Source of the DNA: Octopus bimaculoides
Lineage: Eukaryota
Direction of reading: 5' to 3'
Assembly (NCBI RefSeq): GCF_001194135.2
Contig: NC_068983.1
Location: 160,033,213-160,097,212, forward strand
DNA length: 64,000 bases
Shown here: positions 39,720-50,280 of the stretch, one piece after another
Position numbering within the stretch: the stretch's first letter is position 1
Layout: each line of letters starts with the position of its first letter
The notes under the pieces: generated by a model
What the model saw: the letters and a program-made list of their open reading frames with translations, nothing else
The model's database searches: none
Told to the model about the DNA's origin: nothing
Made by a program: the position numbers and the translations under genes

Positions 39720-41505
39720 CAACAACAACGTCCTTATTTCTTTAATTAGGCACAATGCCTCAAAAGAGAAGGGACAACACAAAAGACAGACAAAACAATA
39801 CATTGGGGTACATAAAAGCATATAACGAATGAATTATGAATATAAATGAAGAGAGAATGAAATGGCTTTCCTACCCCACAAAACAGGTAGTTCCATTTTA
39901 CTGTTTTTTTTTAAATAAAGTGTGTACTTATCAGTCTTGTATCTTGTTGGTTTTCCTTTTGTTTAAAAATCCACACTAAGTAACACCATAAGTTCCATCA
40001 AATCGTCAAATATTACTATTGATGGAAATTCATCGTAACGAAATCGAATTTCTGTTATCACTATCCTGTCGCCAAATATTTCCTGCAACCTTCTTGCTCT
40101 TCCTTCCTCCAAGAGCACCGCTTTCTCATCTCGATTGTCCTCACTGTCAGCCACTTTAACCCTTATTACATGTTTCATTTTTGAAATTGTCTTTTCTATC
40201 TCTACACTTTTTGGTAACATATAGTTCTTTCCTATTTCCCCTTCGGAGACTCTCTCTGCTGTACCTCACCACTCTCTGCCTCTGTTGCTTGTATTCCCGT
40301 CTCTGTTTCTCCTTCCTTTTCACTTTCATGTCTCTTCTTCTTCCGTCCTTCCTCCTCCTTACTAGTTGAAGGCAACAGTCTTTGTGTTCGTTCCTCACTT
40401 GGCTCCTCATTCCTTCTTTTCTCGTTCTTGTTGTCCTCCTCTGCCTTTCTTTTCTTCTTCGGGCTTTTAGATGAAAATTCCACATTTCTCCTCTTTCTTT
40501 CTACCACTGTATATTTTTCCACCATTTCCTCCTACTCCTCCTCCTCCTCCTCCTCCTTCGCTGTTGCGCCCTCTCATTCCTGACGCTCCTTCTCCGCCGC
40601 CTCCTGTTCGTGTTTCTGGGGACACTTTGCTTTCATGTGTCCCCTTACTCCACATAAATAACATACCGGAGGTTTCCCTTTTACAACGATTCTTAATCTT
40701 GTCTCTTCTGCAATTTTGTGGAGGTCCGGCAGGCTGATATGGACCGACACCTCCAGTCCATACCCCCATCAGTTCACCTCCGTCATTCTCGATATCTTCA
40801 ACACCTGAGCGTCCTCCTCTGTGTTATAGAGGATGGCTGCCACCAGCCACGCCTCATCAATTTCTGGGGGAATTCTATCTAGTCTTACTCTGGCCGCACG
40901 TTTGCTACAGTAAGTAGGTAGCAGTGCCCACTCGGCTGATCTCAAAGGCACAGTGTAGTGTTTCCTCGCTTCTTCTTCGCTTACGAAACGTACTTCCACT
41001 ATGCCGTATGTTTTTTTCTTCTCGTGTAATATGTCGTAATATCCTTTATCTCTCGTAGACATTCCTCTACCGCTTCCTCCGCTGCTACTTCAACTTTTTT
41101 TGTTGTCACATTCAACGTTCTATAAAAAAAAATCCTTTTGTTAGTTTAAAATTCTTCTTTAATTCGATTTCAAGGACCTGCAGTACTTCTACTGACAGAC
41201 CTTTAGCAGTCATCACAGCGTCACTCCCCACTGGTTTACTTTCTATGACGGTATTCTTCTTAACTTCGCCTATAAATGGGGAAGAAAAAATAAAAACCAT
41301 TTAACAACAACAATTTCAACAATTCCAGTTAATAACAGTTCAACAATTCAGTAACTTAACAATACAATACAACAAAACTTACATGGAGCGAACACACTTC
41401 TAACACAGTTCGGAATCAAAAGATTCGAAAAACAACTTTAACGACAACGCCGACGACCTCTCAACAATTAGCCAGAATGCTATAAATGAACCCGACTGCT
41501 CTCAA
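39720..41505 (-). mobile_element. ORF1-only non-LTR retroelement (half-LINE-like) with decayed L1/Tx1-like ORF1 and no ORF2
   Basis: One frame from 41062 to 40232 with three in-frame stops: GIVEVRF...LLPTYCSKRAARVRLDRIPPEI...LRIVVKGKPPV-CYLCGVRGHMKAKC-P (CX2CX4HX4C at 40622-40663), then a charged tail. A T/G-rich 5' UTR precedes it. The short 3' UTR ends TTGTGCCTAATTAAAGAAATAA plus (GTT)n. Confidence 0.75.
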
Positions 41506-41532
41506 AAGCTAGGTTAACAAAAAAAAAAAAAA

Positions 41533-41726
41533 GCAGGAAAAATAATCCAGAATCCTTGTCCGGTATCGGATCGACCCCAAAATCTAATCAATTTGTGCCA
41601 GTCACGAGCCCAAACATCCCTGAAAATTTCATTCGAATCCATCCAGCTGTTCTTGAGATATCTTGTCCACAGACAAACAAACACGACTGAAAACAATGCC
41701 TCCGCCTTAACGAAGGCGGAGGTAAT
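41533..41726 (+). mobile_element. Helentron/DINE-1-like non-autonomous element end
   Basis: Terminal hairpin CCTCCGCC-TTAACGAA-GGCGGAGG (41699-41722) followed by TAAT, with upstream CCCCAAAATCTAATC...ACAGACAAACAAAC blocks typical of HINE/DINE-like repeats. Confidence 0.6.
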
Positions 41727-43300
41727 AAAGGACAACAAATTATTAACAAAAAAGTAACTACAAGATATGACCGGGGTCATCACAATGGGTGATTCAGAAT
41801 GATATTGGAACACACAACGCCCACGCTCATTCTCGGGATATATAGTTCTTAGTACCCTGCTTCAGTTACTCGTTAAGTAAGCTCATTTTACCACAACAAT
41901 GACTCTAATCGCATCAGCCTTTCAAGACATTTGTTGGTGAGTAGCACTTCTTTTTCTACCCTAACCTTCTTTTCAAGACTTTGAAGACTTGACAGAGAGG
42001 AAACATTTTGTCCTCATTCTTTGTATCTATGTTCACCACATAAAGTCCTTCAACATAAACACCTGATAGGGAAAGAACACCCACTCTTCATTGCCAAAGG
42101 AAACTAGTGGTCGACATCTCGACAGATTCGGCTGGCAGTCGGATCCGCACATGATAGCAATATTTGGACATAGATCCACAAGTCAGTTGAGCATGGACTA
42201 TGACAAAGGACGTGTGAGATTATTTCGCGAGACTGCAATTATTTGATCGCTGGAAGCTGCAACACGGCTTGATTGTAGAGTTAATCTCGACCATACGAAG
42301 TGAGCCCCCACTTTGCAGCAATCCTTGGTCAACTAGATATGCTCGTCTATTTTTTCTCGGACCGGTAATTAATTGAAATACTTCAGAAGAAGCTTTTTTG
42401 TTCAACTAAGAAGGTCATCAATTTCGGCCGCCACTAGTTCACTATAGATTAATGAATCAATTAACGTAAGACTGAACGCGTTTCCCAACTATTAGAGAAC
42501 CGAGAGCACCAAATGACATTTCAGTTTTCGCCTTCAGTGTCAGCAGCTTTGTTGAGGAAACGAACCACGAGAAGACTTGTTGATAAATAATGACCAAACT
42601 ATCTGAACGTCTCCGAATCTCTAGAGATTATGTTTGTTTTTTGTATTTTTCAAGTTGTTTCTGCTTTTGTTGGTGGTGCAGTGTAACTTATTCATGAGTC
42701 CCTTTGCAAATATGCATAGAAAAAGGTTTTATTGCTTTTACTGTACCATCTACTACTGTTGTTATGGTTACAGTAGTCAACGCTGTTTGCTACAACTCTG
42801 AAACAAGGCACGCTGCTTTTGCATTTTCTTTTGTCGTAGAAGGTGGCCTGTTTTGCAACAGATTTAGCCCTTTAGCTTTCTTCGACAACCATCCCAATTT
42901 GCTCGAGCTCTTTGAACCAGAAATGATAATGGATGCTAGTAAGGTGCTCAGGTGAGCTATTTACTATCTTGTCTGCAGGTACACCTAACTTTGAATAAAG
43001 GTTAGGTATGCATCTCTTGCATTTCTTGATAGTTTCTTCCTTTCTTTGTAATCTAGTTGTTGGTGTTGTTTTGTTATAACTATTGCTGCTGTTTTCGTTA
43101 TTACTGCTCTTAGCTTTGTTGCTGTTGTGATAGTTTTATTATACTGACCCTGTGATGTGATACCACTGTAGCATCCGTAATATCGTCAACCGTGACGTCA
43201 ATACTTTTTGTTGCTATAGTGGCAATACCCGTGTTAATTGTAGAAGAGACTTTGATAACATTCTCAACACTTGCTCCTACTTTCTCTCTCTCTCTCTCTC

Positions 43301-43337
<37 letters not shown>

Positions 43338-43910
43338 NNNNNNNNNNNNNNNNNNNNNNNNNNNNNNNNNNNNNNNNNNNNNNNNNNNNNNNNNNNNNNN
43401 NNNNNNNNNNNNNNNNNNNNNNNNNNNNNNNNNNNNNNNNNNNNNNNNNNNNNNNNNNNNNNNNNNNNNNNNNNNNNNNNNNNNNNNNNNNNNNNNNNNN
43501 NNNNNNNNNNNNNNNNNNNNNNNNNNNNNNNNNNNNNNNNNNNNNNNNNNNNNNNNNNNNNNNNNNNNNNNNNNNNNNNNNNNNNNNNNNNNNNNNNNNN
43601 NNNNNNNNNNNNNNNNNNNNNNNNNNNNNNNNNNNNNNNNNNNNNNNNNNNNNNNNNNNNNNNNNNNNNNNNNNNNNNNNNNNNNNNNNNNNNNNNNNNN
43701 NNNNNNNNNNNNNNNNNNNNNNNNNNNNNNNNNNNNNNNNNNNNNNNNNNNNNNNNNNNNNNNNNNNNNNNNNNNNNNNNNNNNNNNNNNNNNNNNNNNN
43801 NNNNNNNNNNNNNNNNNNNNNNNNNNNNNNNNNNNNNNNNNNNNNNNNNNNNNNNNNNNNNNNNNNNNNNNNNNNNNTCTCAGCGGATTATATAATAATA
43901 AAAACGATAA

Positions 43911-44116
43911 GTTTTCCACCAAAGGCACAAGGCCTGAAATTTAGGAGGAGGGGTTAACCGATTGCATCGAAACCAGTGGTACTTATTTTATCGACTTCGG
44001 AAGGATGAAAGGCAAAGTCGACCTCGGCGGAATTCGAACATAGAACGTAAAGACAGACGAATTGCCGCTAAGCATTTTTTCCGACATATTAACGATTCTG
44101 CCAGCTTGCCGCCCTA
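43911..44116 (-). mobile_element. SINE family A
   Basis: GGATGAAAGGCAAAGTCGACCTCGGCGGAATTCGAAC...CTGCCAGCTTGCCGCC. A second, more decayed copy lies at about 44295-44440. Confidence 0.88.
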
Positions 44117-44504
44117 ATAATAATAATAATAATAATGATAATAATAATAATAATAATAATGGTTTCAAATTTCGGCTCAATGCCAGCAATTTCGGGGAGG
44201 GGATAATCCATGGATTAACTGACAAAATGACACTGAGCTTATAGAAGAGCAAATACGGGAAAAGAAATTATAGATGTCAGACTCACATTTAAAAAATTCA
44301 GTACTTGTTTTGTCAATTTCTGAAAGAATCAAAAGCAAAAATCGACTTCGGTGGAATTTGAACTCGGAATGTAAAACTGGAAGAAAGTCCGCTAAATATT
44401 TTATCCGGCGTGCTCATGATTCTGCCAGATCACCGCGTGAATAGTTTCAGATTGTTTCTGATTTTTGGCACAAGGCCAGTAAGTGATAATCGTGGTAGTC
44501 TCTC

Positions 44505-44731
44505 AATTTCTTGCTGAACAACTTGCACAAATGATTAATTTATAATCACCAAACGTTCGTGCTGTTACATTAGCGCATTCCCTCCATTAAATCGGCATTG
44601 TCTGTACAGGTGCAGCACACGTCAGGTGTCGAAGTGATCGCAGAGCAAGAAAACAACGCACCCCGCGGTCCAGGAATTGAAACCTCAATCTCGTGAGCGC
44701 AACACCTTAACCACTAGGCCATGCGCCTTCA
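44505..44731 (-). mobile_element. tRNA-derived SINE family D
   Basis: Minus-strand head TGAAGGCGCATGGCCTAGTGGTTAAGGTGTTGCGCTC...GGTTTCAATTCCTGG (A/B boxes), followed by a body distinct from families A-C. Confidence 0.7.
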
Positions 44732-44999
44732 AGGTCAGTTAGTAGTGCCATGGCTGTTATCATTACAAACCGTGGAACATTGTACTGCTAGGTCATGATA
44801 GTCTACAAAAGAAGGGATGACTCTTTAGCCTTGGCTGGCAAACTCCGAGATATGGTGTCTCAGTAAAAACAGTAGTGGTTGGCTCACGTTCATACTACAG
44901 TCCTGTATCGCACATATATTTTTCAGTGACACTGTATTAAAAAACAAACGGTAGTTTCACAAATATTATATTTGGACAAAAATTATTTCTTATCTAAAA

Positions 45000-45880
45000 G
45001 TAACATTGATTACGAACAGAAGAGCTAATTTAACAAGACATCCTTTAAACAAAGACATTATCAGATAAAGCAATAGAAGACTTAAAAGAAATAATATAAA
45101 ACGAAGACACAAGCAACACACAAAAATGCAAACAACGAGAATAAAGAATATTAATACTAATCACAAAAGCCCTAGAAGATGTTCCAAAATACTAAACACT
45201 AAAATCAGAACTATAATAGGAAAATACGAATAGAAATAAAAATTAATGATAAACGAAAATATGAATAAAGAGAATATAGAGACAGATTTATAAATAGATG
45301 TTTCTAAAGATGGAAATTCTGAATATGATAATAACCTAAAGGTGAGAATACCTAAAGAATTAAAATCGATAGAAAATTTTACTGAGGGCCACCGAAAGCA
45401 CATCCCAATGATAAAAGAAACTTAACGATGAAATTGCAATAAGAATAAAATATGAAAACACGACCATCACAAATATGATCAACGATATCACCAGCATAAA
45501 CAAAGTAATGTAAGCAGAAGTCCAGCAGTTAAAAAGAAATGTGGCACTACCTCGAATCTACTTATATGTGAATATCAAAACCTTAATAAAAACCGAGTTA
45601 AGCAGACATACAGAGAAAGACAAAAAAAAGTACTATGGGAATTTGACTAATAAAGAAAAACGGACTTGAAATCAAAGAACTCTTGAAGCAAGCGTTTATT
45701 GTTAAACTGCAAAGAATCAAACATTACGAAAAGACCTATTAAACAAAACAAACAGATCCAATCTATCTCACCGCGATTTAATCAAAGAAGTATTAAAATA
45801 TGTATCAGTCAGTAGAGCTCCAGTACGAGTAAAACATGAATTCTATGGGCAGTGAAAAGATTACCACAGACAAGAATTTT
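45000..45880 (+). mobile_element. Very old A-rich LINE remnant, possibly the R4/Dong N-terminal region
   Basis: Strong A skew and broken lysine-rich frames (KQAFIVKLQRIKHYEK). No catalytic motif is retained. Confidence 0.35.
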
Positions 45881-46033
45881 CTAAACCTTAAGAGCAATAC
45901 TTGAAGAGACCTGCAAGACTATATTAACTCCAAAAATAACGCAGGCGCTACAAAAAAAAAAAAAATTTAATGGTATAACATGAAGGCACAAAGAAATGAC
46001 AAAACCTTGAAATATTTTAGTGACACGTAGAAA

Positions 46034-46169
46034 GTTGTTGTTGGCACTCCGTCGCTTACGACGTCGAGGGTTCCAGTTGATCCGATCAACGGAACAGCCT
46101 GCTCGTGAAATTAACGTGCAAGTGGCTGAGCACTCGACAGACACGTGTACCCTTAACGTAGTTCTCGGG
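46034..46169 (-). mobile_element. SINE family B, 5'-truncated
   Basis: Near-identical to the 3' end of the 53522-53887 copy, including the (CAA)n tail. Confidence 0.92.
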
Positions 46170-47827
46170 TCTCTTCAATTTCCCCCCTCAGATCTGGCAA
46201 AGTAGACACCTACACTAAACCACAATTTCCACATCTATTACTTTTCGAAGATATTTCTACTAAGTATATATATTGTATATACACAACATGTATTCGATAT
46301 ATGTAATCTTACACCAAAGCAGAAAAGTTTTCTTCTGAAATGTTTACATCTCTTCATTTGCAATATTTTCTTTATAGAGTTAAATAAAATTACATCGTAT
46401 AAAATCTTATTGACGGATTACCTCCCAAACCTATTAATGTTTCTAGTTTTTCCCCTTCATCTCCAACATTCGCAACAGCATATTAACTGTTCCTATAACA
46501 TATTAAACTTATAGGAATATGGTATCTAATGTCAGATGATATGAAAATGCTAAATTCTATGGCTTTAACACTTTCATACCGGTCCACAGACCATGTGAAG
46601 TTAGTGATCGTAGTTTTCAATTTCCTTTCTATTCAAAAGGCCATATTAAATTTTGGCCAACACCACCAGAACGTCAAATGTTTGATTTATATTACAAATA
46701 TAAAATAAAAGGCATTAACGAAACCAGTAGATTTTTTTTATTGTTCCATGCACGATCAGTTTTATTTAATTATTGAAAGTGGGTGCTTTTTTTTGTAAAT
46801 CACTGAGTGAAAAGATTTTAAATATTAGACTTCTGTTATATTTTTTTCCTAGTGAGTGAAACTTCTGAAGAACATATTCAATAAAAGTCAACCCGATTAG
46901 TATTTTTCCCTTAATTTATGGAAGTGAGCACGAACCCTTGTTCTGTTTCGTGTAACGAGGTGCTATAAGAAGCAACAATAAGACAAGTTCGTTGCATGCA
47001 TGTCTGACATAAAGGGAGACCGTTATTTGTAGCAGTGATTGATGAGTGACTATTTTAGTTAATAATTATGATAGCGTATAAACTACGGTGATAGTCACCA
47101 ACAACAATAACAAAAAGCATAATGAATTATTTAACAGACCTTTTGATCATAAACATTTCAAAATCAATGATGCGTAGAACTAATTTTAAAGCAGTTTTAC
47201 AAAATATCAGTTTTACAGTCTTCTATTCCATTTCAAATTATTCTATTTAAAACAGTGACACGTGGACATTGCACATGCATCTATTTGAATTCGCGTCTTT
47301 AACATGTATGCGTCGCCTATTCAGCTCTAGCGTTAATCATTAACGCATACCTAACGTTATTTATTCACGACTATTCCTGGATGAGACAGCGATGGCGTCC
47401 TTTCTCGGATTATTTACGCTGTGTCCTTGAGAAGGATACTGAACTCGTTCAACTGTAATCTACCGAAGCTGTTTCGTTCGACAAAATGCTAACATTTTCC
47501 TCTCTTAGGTGTCATTAACTCAATGGTATAACATCCGTCGTACTGTATAATTGCAATTGATGCTTGCAGTATTAAATTGTAATCCTGTTAACGATATATT
47601 CACGTTTCCTTCTGTTGTGGATAATTAAGCTTAAACAATGCTGCTGTGTTCAGATATCGAATAGAATATATCGTTGTTCCTGTATATTCTTCTATTAAGA
47701 ATAGCTTACATTTTTTAAAAATAATTTGTAGACAAAAGTTGTTGCATTGCTGTATTTAAAATTGCTGATATGGTCCATATGTGTATGTCTCTGTTATATA
47801 TGAGTATACATAAAGACATGTATGTAT

Positions 47828-48168
47828 TAGGACAGCGGACTCGCAGTCATAGGATCGCGGTTTTTGAGTGTTTATTGAGTGAAAACACCTAAAACTCCAC
47901 AAGGCTCCGGCAGGAGATGGTGGCGAACCCTGCTGTACTCTTTCACCACAACTTTCTCTCACTCTTACTTACTTTTTCTGTTGTGCATGTAATTCAAAGG
48001 GCCAGCCTTCTCACACTGTGTCACGCTGAATAACCCCGAGAACTACGTTAAGGGTGCACGTGTCTGTGGAGTGCTCAGCCACTTGCACGTTAATTTCACG
48101 AGCAGGCTGTTCCGTTGATCGGATCAACTGGAACCCTTGACGTCGTAAGCGACGGAGTGCCAACAACA
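47828..48168 (+). mobile_element. SINE family B, slightly 5'-truncated
   Basis: GCAGCGGACTCGCAGTCATAGGATCGCGG...GGAGTGCCAACAACA, with possible TSD ATGTATGTAT (47818-47827 and 48169-48178). Confidence 0.92.
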
Positions 48169-50084
48169 ATGTATGTATGTGCGTGTGTGTGCACACTCAC
48201 GCATTTATGTGTGAATGTTTGTGTGTATTTATACACGTACAAAAAGCGGTGAATTGGCCGAGTCTTTAAAGAATCGGATGGAATGACTTGTTGCATTTAT
48301 TCCGGTTGTCTATTTTCTGATTACAAATTTCACCTACGACAGCTTCCATTTTCATCATTGGAATGGATAAATAGAGTATCAGTCAAGTGATGGGGTTAAT
48401 TTCCCTCTCTCTGTCTCTCTCTTTATTTTTACTCTCTCACATTCGCCTTTAGCTGACAACAATATTCGACAAAGATTTCATCATGTGCATATAGTACTTT
48501 TATTTGGAAAATTTAATGTCTAATTTTCCCCATTTCCTACGGGAAATTTATTTGCAATATCTTCTGACGGCTATTTCTTGTAGAGCGTTAGATTTAGAGA
48601 TCATTCGAAAACTTTATGAAGTCAAAGGCTGCTGTTTAACAAATGTATAAAAGAACTATTTCATATGAAATCTTATAATAATTCTGCTTGTCATTGCGTT
48701 ACTTAGACCGTCGGTAACGCTTTCACGTAATTAGAGAAAAAGAGGGAGAGAGAAAAAAAGGAAGGGAGAAAAAAGGGAAGGAGAAAAAGAGGGGAAGAGA
48801 AACGTCCATGACATAAGATAGAGGGAAAGTAATTGTAACGCTTTCACGTGATTAGTTGAAGGGAAAGAGAGGAGGGAATAAAAGGAGAGAGAAATGAGGA
48901 TAAAGCGAAGAGTGAGACAGAAGGAGGTAAAAAGAAAAGTCCATGACGTGAGATGGGGTATCGTAATATTTATTACTTGGTTAAAAAGGTTAGTTGAAGG
49001 TAAAGGAGGAGAGCTGAAAATATAATTTTAACAGAGGGGTGATGTTCTGATGGTGAGGTTAAAGAAAGGCAGAGAGAGAGAGGTGAGAGGGGAAGAGAGG
49101 AGAGAGAGATGATGATGATGGCTGTGGTGATTGGATAGGGAAAAGTATATTTTTTTATATCACCTATTACTTTAAGCATGCGTTTATGTGTAAATCTGTG
49201 AAATATTCACGCTTATTTACGTTGCAGATATACGCAATTCAACTAAAGGTTGTATCATTCATACGGGATATTTTTTATTTGTTTATGGGGGAAAGTGCAA
49301 AATAATAGTGAATACTTATTCTATGAGTGCTGTGCATTAAGTCTATAAGGTTGTGCATAAAGTATATAAAGTAAATTAAGTAATCATCGTATTCCAATTT
49401 CCTTCACTTTTCAATCTCTAGCAGATGAACGACTACCTTTCTATACAGACACAACACAGGTTGTATTTCAGGTTTTTGGGATAAATTTTTCAGAAATAAC
49501 CCAATAGGTTTACCTTTAATTCCATGAAATATTCACGGGTCCCGCTATTTTTTATGATACAATTAAACATACTTGAACTATTTCTTTTACGTTGGAATCA
49601 GTTAGTTTTTATAATGCATAGAGGTAGTAATTTGACAATTGGTAGCCGCAATTAAAAAGCATCAATATTTCAATCCATGAACGTTTATATTTTTAATTTA
49701 ATAACTTCTTGAAGAAATTTGCTGTTCCAGGAATACGCAAAATTCATCTTTACCTTAGGAACGAAAATGTTCTTCTACAAGAATATTATTTTAAGGTAGG
49801 GAAAATAGCACAAGGAACCAAAGGATCAATGGCATCAAACAGAGATCGACATTATATATTGGATAGAATAAATGCAGACAAGCAAGAGTTCAACTAGAAA
49901 CTTAAATTCTGTATTATTTGTCAATCCAGCACGAAATTGTCATCTCACCTACAATTGTTTCCGAAAAAAATATAAACAAAGCACTAGGACCCTTGCAGTA
50001 ATTATTGAGCACTCGTTATTATTACAGTTGATACTGAGTTTCCAAGTATATAAGTTCATGTTCAATATTAGCTAATACAAAGGC

Positions 50085-50280
50085 AGAATCGTTAGGACGC
50101 TGCTCAAATGCTTAGCGACATTTCGTCCATTTTTACGTTCTGCGTTCAGATTCCGCCAAGATCGACTTTACCTTTTATCCTTTCGAGATCGATAAAATAA
50201 TTACTTGAGTATTAGGATCAATATAATCGACTTACGCTCTTCCCCAAAATTACTGGCCTTGTTCCAAAATCTGAAATCTA
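50085..50280 (+). mobile_element. SINE family A, diverged
   Basis: GGCAGAATCGTTAG...TTCAGATTCCGCCAAGATCGACTTTACCTTTTATCC...GGCCTTGTTCC. Confidence 0.8.

Noticed and set aside
48595-48620. bantam-like miRNA similarity (AGAGATCATTCGAAAACT)
   Set aside because: Several mismatches to bantam as I recall it, and no complementary arm to form a hairpin.
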